Positions 10,393 through 18,816 of a stretch of 64,000 bases of DNA are shown here, piece after piece. Source of the DNA: Thermoproteota archaeon. Its GTDB lineage: Archaea; Thermoproteota; Thermoprotei; Thermofilales; B9-G17. Both the position numbers and the translations under genes were made by a program. Each line of letters starts with the position of its first letter. Position 1 is the first letter of the stretch. The stretch is taken from the NCBI GenBank assembly GCA_029258885.1, contig JAPDJW010000002.1, positions 384,001 to 448,000 on the forward strand, in the 5' to 3' direction. Under the pieces are notes generated by a model. The model ran no database searches. It was not told the origin of the DNA and saw nothing but the letters and a program-made list of their open reading frames with translations.

Positions 10393-12507
10393 TTATTTAA
10401 AACCTATAAGTATGAAAACTAAAATTAAAATACCTATTATTATTCCAATGACGTTATGATTTAATACTCCAGTATGGGTTTTCCTAAATATCCTGCTGAA
10501 GTCGATTATAAGCGAGGCAGTTAGATAGTTCGCTTTATCTATTATATTTATTTCGAGATTTTTGAACATAGTATCACTAATAAAGGTTACTTTTTTGGCT
10601 AAAACATAATTGAATCTATCTATAGTGGCGATTTCCAAGTCTTTAAATACTCTACGACTTGCAATAATTACGGGATTTACAACTAACTTGTAGTAAGCTT
10701 TATTGAGGAACCAGCGTTTATAGAAGAAAAAGTGGAGTGATCTTAGTAATGCATTTTTTGATATAAGTTCATAATGATTTATCCACCTTTTAACATAAGT
10801 AATATAGGAGAGGGTCGAGCCAATGATAAGAGCAGCAGTAGAGGATGCTAATGTCACAAAAGTTTTTGACTCAATTTCTCCAATTTTGTCTATAGTGTGG
10901 TTTATTGTTATATAGTGAGATAGATATTCTGAAAAGAGATGTTCAAGGAAAATTTTTGAGAAAATTCCTGTTATGCCTAGACCTATTGTTCCAACGACTA
11001 ATAATGCAATTGGTATTAACATAATGGTTGATACTTCATGAATATGATGTCCTTGTCTCTTTAGTTCTCTTATATGATCGCTTTCTTGACCCAAAAATGT
11101 GAGACTAATCATTCTCACACTATAGAATGATGTTAAAGCGGCAGTTATTACACCTATTATAAATACTAGATATTGGTCTGACACTAAAGCTGATTCAAGA
11201 ATCATATCTTTACTCCAAAATCCACTAAATAACAATGGAACGCCCATAAGAGAAAATGATGCAAGAGTCATTAATAAGAATGTTATAGGCATATATTTTC
11301 TTAAGCCTCCAAAGTCCCTTAGGAATCTAGACTCAGCTGAATGAAGCACGGCACCAGCTGACAGGAATAATGCTGCTTTAAACAAAGCATGGCTAACTAG
11401 GTGAAACACACTTCCAACATATCCAATTATGAATTCGTGTGCTAAACCGCTAGTTCCGAGAGCCATCATCATGTATCCCAGCTGGCTGAGTGTTGAATAT
11501 GCTAATACCTTTTTTAATTCTGTTGAGACTAGAGCTTGGGTAGCAGCTATGAATGATGTTAAAGTACCTATCCACATAACTATAATGAAGAATAAAATTA
11601 GTTCGGAATAATGTAGTGACCATGAATAAACTATGGGAAATAATCTTGCGACAAGATATACCCCTGCTTTAACCATTGTCGCCGCGTGTATAAGCGCGCT
11701 AACGGTTGTTGGACCAGCCATCGCATCTGGAAGCCACTCCATTAAGGGCAGTTGGGCAGATTTTCCTATCGGACCTACAAATATGAGAACTAAGCCTATT
11801 ACAACAAGCCACGTTAAGTTCTCAGGTGGCACTAGCTCTGCTATCTCAGTAAAGCTTAATGTACCTAAAATAGAGAGGATTATAAATGCGCCAACAAGCA
11901 TAAATACATCACCGAGCCTAGTGACTATAAACGCTTTTAATCCACAGTGGGATGGAGGATAAGCTTCATCGCCCTCTCCAACCCAGCATTTAAGCCAATC
12001 CTCTTTAGAATCCCTATACCAGAATCCTATGAGTGCATAGCTACATAATCCCACGCCCTCCCATCCAAACAGCATCTGAATAAGGTTCTCCGAAAACACT
12101 AGCAGTAGCATATTTCCTATGAAGAAGTTCATGAAGAACCAGTACCTCGTTAAGCCTGGATCGCCGTGCATGTAGTCAAGCGAGTACACCATTATTAGGA
12201 AGCTGATAATCGCAATTACGTTAGCCATTATAATGCTCAATGGATCCACCAATACCCCGACCTTAAGTTCCGACAATATAGGTGTGTCGAGCTTTATCCA
12301 AGTATAGGATTTATGTAGCGGCCACCTATTTTCAGTAAACAGCAGTGGTAGGAGCGTTATTGTGGAGATTGCAGCTAGCATCGAGAAAAATACCGCTAAG
12401 TAATCCCTAAGCTTACTATTTATCCTCGCCGCAATCGGCGTGAGTAGTGCGCCTAAAAGGGGGAATATCCAGCTTAACCAAGCCGAAATCTCCCAATACT
12501 CCATCAT
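10393..12507 (-). CDS. Antiporter-like membrane subunit, NuoL/MrpA-like
   Basis: FGWEGVGLCSY, GKSAQLPLMEWLPDAMAGPTTVSALIHAATMV, KKVLAYSTLSQLG, FWSKD; long C-terminal extension (lateral helix). Confidence 0.93.
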   Translation of the reverse strand: MMEYWEISAWLSWIFPLLGALLTPIAARINSKLRDYLAVFFSMLAAISTITLLPLLFTENRWPLHKSYTWIKLDTPILSELKVGVLVDPLSIIMANVIAIISFLIMVYSLDYMHGDPGLTRYWFFMNFFIGNMLLLVFSENLIQMLFGWEGVGLCSYALIGFWYRDSKEDWLKCWVGEGDEAYPPSHCGLKAFIVTRLGDVFMLVGAFIILSILGTLSFTEIAELVPPENLTWLVVIGLVLIFVGPIGKSAQLPLMEWLPDAMAGPTTVSALIHAATMVKAGVYLVARLFPIVYSWSLHYSELILFFIIVMWIGTLTSFIAATQALVSTELKKVLAYSTLSQLGYMMMALGTSGLAHEFIIGYVGSVFHLVSHALFKAALFLSAGAVLHSAESRFLRDFGGLRKYMPITFLLMTLASFSLMGVPLLFSGFWSKDMILESALVSDQYLVFIIGVITAALTSFYSVRMISLTFLGQESDHIRELKRQGHHIHEVSTIMLIPIALLVVGTIGLGITGIFSKIFLEHLFSEYLSHYITINHTIDKIGEIESKTFVTLASSTAALIIGSTLSYITYVKRWINHYELISKNALLRSLHFFFYKRWFLNKAYYKLVVNPVIIASRRVFKDLEIATIDRFNYVLAKKVTFISDTMFKNLEINIIDKANYLTASLIIDFSRIFRKTHTGVLNHNVIGIIIGILILVFILIGFK

Positions 12508-14054
12508 CCATCACCCATAATTTTAAGTTTATACGTATAACCTATAAGTGTTTTAACAGATTCATTAATTAGGTCTAGAACCGGAGCTATAAACAGCGTT
12601 AGCAGTATGCATATACAGGCCAAAATAGCAACAGGGATGACCATCGACGGGCTAACTTCCCTTATCTTTGACAGCTGTTCTCCGGGTTTTCTTAGCGTTA
12701 TTCTCTGAAGTAGCCAGAGGTAATAGCCAGCCGCCACTAGAATATTTACGACGAATACGATGGTTGAGGTATGTAGTAGGGTATCCTTAGGATGCGATAA
12801 CATTGCTATAATTATAAAGAACTTACTCCAGAACCCACTCATCGGTGGAACGCCTGCTAGGTTTAGGAGACCTACCGAAAACGATACAGCTGATACGGGC
12901 ATTTTACGGCCGATACCCTCCAGCTTAGCAATATTCCTGGTTTTAGCCTGCTTTATAAAACATCCAGCGCCGAGGAAGAGAAGTCCCTTACCGACAGCGT
13001 GGTTTAACACGTGGAATAGTGAACCCAGTAGAGCGAGGGAAACAGCAGCAATATCGCTTGGGTAGAAGTGCGCTATATATGTGGATACACCCAGTCCAAG
13101 TATGATGTAGCCCATGTTAGCTATGCTCGAGTACGCTAGAAACCTCTTTATGTCCTTCTGCAGTATCACCATAATGTTTGCAACGCTCATGGTAAGAAGG
13201 CCGAATAATATGAGTATATGCCCGTAAAGGAACCCTGTCGGGAAGAAAACGGCGTATAGCGACCTAAATATTACGTATGCTCCTGTCTTAATGACCACCC
13301 CAGAGAGCATAGCACTTATGGAGCTTGGAGCAGCGGGATGAGCATCCGGAAGCCATGTATGAAACGGTACAATGGCGGCAGTAACGCCAAATCCAGCTAT
13401 GATCATAGCTATAATGAAGTACAGCGTAGATGTAGAGATAGATTCTGTACCTGAGGATATTATCTGTGAAAGCTCCGAGAAGTTTAGGGTTCCAGCTATC
13501 CCGTAGAGAAGCGATATGCTGTATAGAGCTATGAGCGATCCAATAGTACTCATAACTAGGTACTTAAATCCGGCCTCAACCGCCTCCCACCTATGCTTTC
13601 TGAACGAAACCAGAGTATAGGATGATATACACATTAGTTCCCAGAAGACATAGAGTGTGAAGAGGTCGTTAGCCATCGTTACTCCTATCATGCCAGCGAC
13701 GAGGGTTAAGAGTAGTGCATAGTATTCATCGAGCCCCGTTTCTCCACTCATGTAGCCTACCGAATATATAGACACCATTAAGCCGAGGAAACTGAATATT
13801 AACGACATATAGGCGCTGAAGCTATCTATCCTAATCTCAATCGAGGCCCAGGATGGCTCCAGCTTCACAGCATAGTATAGAGGAAGTTTCCCGGAGTATA
13901 TGAGATAGCTGAAGTAGCAGGTAGTGACTAGGAAAGCTAGAATTGCCCATGCATCGCGTATCTTTTCAAATCTTATTTTTCTGGAAAACATACCAACTAG
14001 CGGCGTAGCTACGCTACCTCCTAAAAGTGTAAGTAATGGTAACATGGGATTCAT
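12504..14054 (-). CDS. Antiporter-like membrane subunit, NuoN/MrpD/MbhH-like
   Basis: VFWELM, PFHTWLPDAHPAAPSSISAMLSGVVIKTG, KRFLAYSS, GFWSKF. Confidence 0.9.
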   Translation of the reverse strand: MNPMLPLLTLLGGSVATPLVGMFSRKIRFEKIRDAWAILAFLVTTCYFSYLIYSGKLPLYYAVKLEPSWASIEIRIDSFSAYMSLIFSFLGLMVSIYSVGYMSGETGLDEYYALLLTLVAGMIGVTMANDLFTLYVFWELMCISSYTLVSFRKHRWEAVEAGFKYLVMSTIGSLIALYSISLLYGIAGTLNFSELSQIISSGTESISTSTLYFIIAMIIAGFGVTAAIVPFHTWLPDAHPAAPSSISAMLSGVVIKTGAYVIFRSLYAVFFPTGFLYGHILILFGLLTMSVANIMVILQKDIKRFLAYSSIANMGYIILGLGVSTYIAHFYPSDIAAVSLALLGSLFHVLNHAVGKGLLFLGAGCFIKQAKTRNIAKLEGIGRKMPVSAVSFSVGLLNLAGVPPMSGFWSKFFIIIAMLSHPKDTLLHTSTIVFVVNILVAAGYYLWLLQRITLRKPGEQLSKIREVSPSMVIPVAILACICILLTLFIAPVLDLINESVKTLIGYTYKLKIMGDG

Positions 14055-14057
14055 ATG

Positions 14058-14366
14058 CTACCACCTCAACCTCCTAAGCTTTCTAGTATCGAGGGTCTTA
14101 TAGTGCCTATAGACATTAATTAAAATAGATAGGGAGACTGCAGCCACAGCGGCTCCAATGGCTATAGATACTATAGCCATCTCCTGAGCCAATGGCTCCA
14201 CCGAGTTTTCCATGAGCCCCATTGCCAGGATATTCAGGTTTACTCCTATTGTAATTATCTCAATTCCAATGACTATCTTAAGCAGGTTTCTCTTAGAGGC
14301 TATACAGTAGAATCCTATCAAAATCATTACTAACGCTACATTTGCATAAAACACCTGAAGGAACAC
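14058..14366 (-). CDS. Small membrane subunit, NuoK/MrpC/MbhG-like
   Basis: Three hydrophobic segments; KRNLLKIVIGIEI; QEMAIVSIAIG...YRHYKTLD. Confidence 0.88.
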   Translation of the reverse strand: MFLQVFYANVALVMILIGFYCIASKRNLLKIVIGIEIITIGVNLNILAMGLMENSVEPLAQEMAIVSIAIGAAVAAVSLSILINVYRHYKTLDTRKLRRLRW

Positions 14367-14656
14367 TATCCCTCACCCCCCTCTACCACAACCTCCTCCT
14401 CGGCCTCCTCCACCTTTTCCTCCCTAAAGAGGGCAGACACTGCGGTAGCTGTTGCAAAGAGCATGAAGGCCTGAATTGCGACGTCAACCCACCTATTAGT
14501 CCATATAAAGTAGGTCTTCTCCTCGAATTTGAATTCAATGCTATAGCCTACCCTAGATATCCTAAATATATCCGGATTTATAGCTACGACGTATATCAAC
14601 AGTAGTGCTAGCAGAATTCCGGCAACTACCTCTTCAGCCTTCACTCTTCTCACCAC
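14366..14656 (-). CDS. Small membrane subunit, NuoJ C-half / MbhE (MnhB)-like
   Basis: NRWVDVAIQAFMLFATATAVSALFR resembles the MnhB/MbhE R-x-x-D motif; operon position. Confidence 0.7.
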   Translation of the reverse strand: MVRRVKAEEVVAGILLALLLIYVVAINPDIFRISRVGYSIEFKFEEKTYFIWTNRWVDVAIQAFMLFATATAVSALFREEKVEEAEEEVVVEGGEG

Positions 14657-14885
14657 CTCTCACATGCATAAATGCTAGAAGAAGAACTGTAACTCCGCCA
14701 GCATACACGGAAAGCTGGAAGACGGCAACGTAAGGAGCTCCCATAAGGTAGAATACCACTGAAACAAAGATGTTCATTACTGCAAACGCTAGGATAGATT
14801 TTAGCAAATCCTTTAGCTCGACGGTTATTAATGCAAATATTATCGTTAAAACCGAGAATAAATAGTGAAATATAACCATATCCAT
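14634..14885 (-). CDS. Small membrane subunit, NuoJ N-half / MbhD-like
   Basis: KDLLKSILAF...LMGAPYVAVFQLSVYAGGVTVL. Confidence 0.82.
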   Translation of the reverse strand: MDMVIFHYLFSVLTIIFALITVELKDLLKSILAFAVMNIFVSVVFYLMGAPYVAVFQLSVYAGGVTVLLLAFMHVRGGEKSEG

Positions 14886-15236
14886 CTACTTCACCACCAG
14901 GGTTTTCTTATCAAAAGCTATATTCTCAAAAATATCAGACATTTCAATAGCCTTCCTCGGGCAGTTTTCGGCGCACTGGCCACAGTATATGCACCTGTAG
15001 ATGTGGAATACAGGCCTCAGTCCTTTCTCGTCCTTAACCATTTCGATGGCTCTAGCTGGACAGACCATGAAGCATATTCTACATCCTATACACTTATCCC
15101 TATGGAATACTATCCTGCCCCTAAATCCCTCCGGGAGATGTACCAGTTCTCTCTCCTTAAAGGGGTAAAGTATGGTGGCGCGTTTCCTAAACAAGTTCCT
15201 GTAGACTTCACTCACCATAAATCCGGGCTTAGGCAT
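14886..15236 (-). CDS. 2x[4Fe-4S] subunit, NuoI/MbhN-like
   Basis: CIGCRICFMVCP and CIYCGQCAENCP; N-terminal ATILYPF. Confidence 0.95.
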   Translation of the reverse strand: MPKPGFMVSEVYRNLFRKRATILYPFKERELVHLPEGFRGRIVFHRDKCIGCRICFMVCPARAIEMVKDEKGLRPVFHIYRCIYCGQCAENCPRKAIEMSDIFENIAFDKKTLVVK

Positions 15237-16204
15237 CAGTATATCACCCTCGCTAGGAGCACGGATATTAGAGCTAAGGGTATGAGGTACTTCCAGGATA
15301 TGTTAATCATCTGGTCGATCCTCATTCTAGCAAATATAGCCCTTAAAGTAGTGAGAATCAGTAGGATCACTATAGACTTTAACACAAAGTACAGTGTATA
15401 TAGTAGTGGCTCTAGTCCCGGTATGACTGGTCCAGCCGGGCCTCCGAGGAATAGGGCGGCACCTAAACCACATAGCAGTAATGTTTCAATATCTCTACCA
15501 ATTCTAAATAAGGCTAGTTTCTTCCCTGAGAACTCGACGAGCCAGCCAGCCACTATCTCCTGTTCGGCTTCAGGGATGTCGAATGGAACTCTCTCCAGTT
15601 CTGCCTGAGCCGTAATAACAAAGATTATAAATGATAGGATGTGGGGTCCGAAGACGTACCATAGCCCGCTCTGCTTTTCAACTATATTTCTTATCGTAAG
15701 TGAGTTAGCCGTTAAAGCTACGCTGATAATTGATAACATAAACGGTATTTCGTATCCTATGAGCTGGAGCATAGCTCTTTCAGCACCTATCGTAGCAAAC
15801 CTATTTACGGAGGCTATACCCGCCGTGTACACAATTATCGAAATTATAGTTAACGATGCAACGAAGAATATCAAGTCCCCGGTGAACGATATAACTCCAG
15901 ATGTGCTGTAAATCGGCAGCAGGAGTGTCAACAATAGATTTAATGTAAAGAATATTATCGGCGTTAACGTGAACAAGAGCTTGTCAGCAGCTTGGGGTGT
16001 GATATCCTCTTTAGCTACCAATTTTATAAAGTCGGCTAGAGGTTGGAGTATTCCATGAGGTCCTGCGTAGAGTGGCCCCACTCTATTTTGGAGCCTAGCA
16101 TAAAACTTCCTATCTATCCACTCGTATAGGAGCGAAAGCAGACCTATGAACGTGAAGCCTGGAAATACCAGTATCTCCAGTATCTTATACAGGATTTCAA
16201 TCAT
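15236..16204 (-). CDS. Membrane subunit, NuoH/MbhM-like
   Basis: DRKFYARLQNRVGP, GILQPLADFIKLVAKE, ERVPFDIPEAEQEIVAG. Start placed at ATG 16204, not the track's 16351, which overlaps the large subunit. Confidence 0.93.
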   Translation of the reverse strand: MIEILYKILEILVFPGFTFIGLLSLLYEWIDRKFYARLQNRVGPLYAGPHGILQPLADFIKLVAKEDITPQAADKLLFTLTPIIFFTLNLLLTLLLPIYSTSGVISFTGDLIFFVASLTIISIIVYTAGIASVNRFATIGAERAMLQLIGYEIPFMLSIISVALTANSLTIRNIVEKQSGLWYVFGPHILSFIIFVITAQAELERVPFDIPEAEQEIVAGWLVEFSGKKLALFRIGRDIETLLLCGLGAALFLGGPAGPVIPGLEPLLYTLYFVLKSIVILLILTTLRAIFARMRIDQMINISWKYLIPLALISVLLARVIY

Positions 16205-17390
16205 GCCTCTCAAACCTCTCACGGGAATATTTAATAAGTTGACTATAGCTCCAAACCCAACTCCTACCTTTCTCGATATCCACAAAGGAGACTCTGCCAG
16301 TACAGCAGAGGCATGGATCAATAGACCCAAAGATAATGGGTATGTCAGCAATATAAACCACGTAATTCTTTCTTGATGTAAGCATTCTAGCGGCAGCTGG
16401 GATATTTGCTAGGGTCGGTGTCCTAACCTTATACCTATAGGGCTTCTCAGTACCATCGGACATAACGTAATGCAGTAGTTCTCCACGCGGCGCCTCAACC
16501 CTACTTACAGATTCCCCAGGAGGAGGCCTTATGATTATGGGCAGTTTGAGCCTGTATGGTCCCGAGGGCAGATGATCTAAGCTATACCTAATCATGTTAA
16601 TGCATTCGAGAACTTCATCTATTCTTACCAGTATCCTAGCGTAGACGTCACATGTATCGTAAGTTGCAACGTTAAATGGAACTTCATCATGTGCAATATA
16701 GGGATCGTCAGCCCTGACATCATGCTTTATTCCCGAGGCCCTCAAAACTGGTCCGACCGCAAACAGCTCTATGGCTTCCCTGGGCTTAAGTATTCCAACG
16801 TTCTGAGTCCTCATAAGCACCGTCGGTTCCTCCATAATAACCTTCTTAAAGTACTTCGTTCTCTTCTCCAAATAGTCCATGGCTTTTCTAATCTTATGCT
16901 CAATTTGCGGGTTTATATCCCTCCTAACTCCGCCAATAGTATTATACGATGTAACAACACGATTGCCAGTAATAGCCTCTATGACGTCTAGAACCCTCTC
17001 CCTATCCCTCCAGACGTACATGAATAGCGTTTCAAACCCTATTTGGTGAGCCGCTAAGCCGAGCCATAGTAGGTGGCTATGTATTCTACTTAATTCCTCA
17101 ACGATGAGTCTAAGGTATTTAGCTCTAGGAGGTATTTCCTTACCCAGTAGCTGCTCTATGTTCTGAGTATAGCATACCGTGTGAGCAGCATTACAGATGC
17201 CGCATATTCTCTCAGCAAGATATATGCCCTTTAGATAATCCCTATATTCAAATCCCTTTTCAATTCCTCTATGAGTATAGCTAACGTTTATCTCGACGTC
17301 GACAACCTGTTCTCCCTCAACTTTAAACTTCATTAACAGGGGCTCTGGATGAACGGGGTGCTGTGGACCTATAGGTATATAGAAGCTCAT
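16197..17390 (-). CDS. Group 4 [NiFe]-hydrogenase large subunit (NuoD homolog with intact Ni ligands)
   Basis: L1 motif ERICGICNAAH and L2 motif DPCLCCTGR followed by a C-terminal extension; HRGIEK, EAPRGE, RTPTLAN. Confidence 0.95.
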   Translation of the reverse strand: MSFYIPIGPQHPVHPEPLLMKFKVEGEQVVDVEINVSYTHRGIEKGFEYRDYLKGIYLAERICGICNAAHTVCYTQNIEQLLGKEIPPRAKYLRLIVEELSRIHSHLLWLGLAAHQIGFETLFMYVWRDRERVLDVIEAITGNRVVTSYNTIGGVRRDINPQIEHKIRKAMDYLEKRTKYFKKVIMEEPTVLMRTQNVGILKPREAIELFAVGPVLRASGIKHDVRADDPYIAHDEVPFNVATYDTCDVYARILVRIDEVLECINMIRYSLDHLPSGPYRLKLPIIIRPPPGESVSRVEAPRGELLHYVMSDGTEKPYRYKVRTPTLANIPAAARMLTSRKNYVVYIADIPIIFGSIDPCLCCTGRVSFVDIEKGRSWVWSYSQLIKYSRERFERHD

Positions 17391-17394
17391 ACGA

Positions 17395-17850
17395 TCACCT
17401 CAACGGCTTGGGGTGTTTGGCTTCATAATCCTTCCTCAGGGGGTATACTCCTTCGGGCCAATTCTCGGGGAGTATAAATCGCTTCAAATTAGGATGACCC
17501 TTAAATACTATCCCAACTAGATCGTGCGCTTCCCTTTCATATAGGTCAACTCCCGGCGCTATATCATACAAGCTATCAATCGAAGGATCCTCGCGGGGTA
17601 TCTTCGCCTTAACAGAGACAGATACGCTGTATCCTACATGAGCTATAACTTCAAAGTGATCCTTTCCATCAAGAGCTGTAATAGCCTCAACAAACTTTAA
17701 ATCCAGATCCTTCAGCAGAAACCTTACCACTTCCTTATAGTCTTCTCTTCTAACCTCAACGAACACTCTCCTCCTCATTGGTATCTCACACTTAATAATT
17801 TTATCTCCAAACTTTTTCTTCAACGCCTCAGCAATCTCCTTTTCATTCAA
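17395..17850 (-). CDS. NuoC/MbhK-like hydrophilic subunit
   Basis: EREAHDLVGIVFKGHPNLKRFILPENWPEGVYPLRKD. Confidence 0.93.
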   Translation of the reverse strand: MNEKEIAEALKKKFGDKIIKCEIPMRRRVFVEVRREDYKEVVRFLLKDLDLKFVEAITALDGKDHFEVIAHVGYSVSVSVKAKIPREDPSIDSLYDIAPGVDLYEREAHDLVGIVFKGHPNLKRFILPENWPEGVYPLRKDYEAKHPKPLR

Positions 17851-17856
17851 GCTACC

Positions 17857-18297
17857 TCACCCTTTCATAATCTTCCGAGCTAGGATATTTACGGCCTGAA
17901 CTACTGCCTCGGGCTTAACAGGGCATCCTGAAATATAGGCGTCAACAGGTATTACTTTATCCAAGCTCTCATACACGTTGTAGCATTTCCAGAAGACTCC
18001 ACCGCTTGTGGCACAGGTTCCAGCCGCTACCACAAACTTCGGGTCAGGCATCTGATTATATATTCTTATAAGCCTATCTCTAACCTGCCTAGTGACGGGG
18101 CCTGTGACGATGAGTATATCTGCATGTCTAGGGCTACCCTTAAGAAGCACTCCAAACCTCTCTAAGTCGAACCTCGGCGTTAACGCTGCAACAACTTCTA
18201 TATCGCATGCATTACATGCGCCAGTATTTATGAACAGTATCCAGGGACTTCTTCCCCTAGCCCACCTAATCAGTCTTGCCGTAAACCCCATATCCAA
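17857..18297 (-). CDS. Group 4 hydrogenase small subunit (NuoB/MbhJ-like)
   Basis: GACNACDIE (CxxC, hydrogenase type rather than the complex I CC), SPRHAD, GTCATSGG, SGCP. Confidence 0.95.
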   Translation of the reverse strand: MDMGFTARLIRWARGRSPWILFINTGACNACDIEVVAALTPRFDLERFGVLLKGSPRHADILIVTGPVTRQVRDRLIRIYNQMPDPKFVVAAGTCATSGGVFWKCYNVYESLDKVIPVDAYISGCPVKPEAVVQAVNILARKIMKG

Positions 18298-18649
18298 GCC
18301 TCCTCCTCATGAGCACATATAGGGTTAAAAGAACGACTGCAATGTAGAGCACAACCATATATACTACGTTCATTCTAAGGGGATCTTCTCGGGGGATACC
18401 CATTGAAAACACTAGAAGCATGGCCACTATGTCAAAGACCAGGAATAGCGTGGCATACTGGAAGAAGATTATTTTCATCGGAACTTTCTCTGGCGGAAAG
18501 TATTCTCCGCAGGCGTAGGGCGCCACTTTATCCTTGTTTGGTCTAAATGGAGGCGCTATCTTTCTGCCAAGGTAATATATTGAAAGCGTAGTTAATAGAG
18601 CGAGGAAAAAGGCGAAGACTGGTGAGGCAATAATTTCTAGAAAGTCCAT
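18266..18649 (-). CDS. NuoA-like membrane subunit
   Basis: KVAPYACGE loop, FFQYATLFLVFD; three hydrophobic segments. Confidence 0.88.
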   Translation of the reverse strand: MDFLEIIASPVFAFFLALLTTLSIYYLGRKIAPPFRPNKDKVAPYACGEYFPPEKVPMKIIFFQYATLFLVFDIVAMLLVFSMGIPREDPLRMNVVYMVVLYIAVVLLTLYVLMRRRLGYGVYGKTD

Positions 18650-18683
18650 GTATAGCCACCTACATTAATCGCTAATTTATATG

Positions 18684-18702
18684 TTTATATATAAGTTTTC
18701 TC
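18684..18702 (-). promoter_or_regulatory. Candidate BRE/TATA promoter of the hydrogenase operon
   Basis: Minus strand GAGAAAACTTATATATAAA about 35-50 nt upstream of the first ATG, followed by a GGTGG RBS-like sequence. Confidence 0.5.
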
Positions 18703-18816
18703 TCTTTATAGATACTACTTTGCATAAAGTTTTAAATATCATAACTTCTTTCACGTTTACATAGTTGATCATAGTAGAATGATTATATAAAATCTAGGAT
18801 ATATTACTGTAAAGAG

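Noticed and set aside
16205-16351. 49-aa N-terminal extension of the NuoH-like ORF
   Set aside because: It overlaps the conserved C-terminus of the large subunit; ATG 16204 gives a normal NuoH start.
8864-18649. Ordinary NADH:quinone oxidoreductase or Fpo
   Set aside because: Ni-binding cysteines are intact, the small subunit has CxxC, maturation genes are adjacent and there is no NuoEFG/FpoF.
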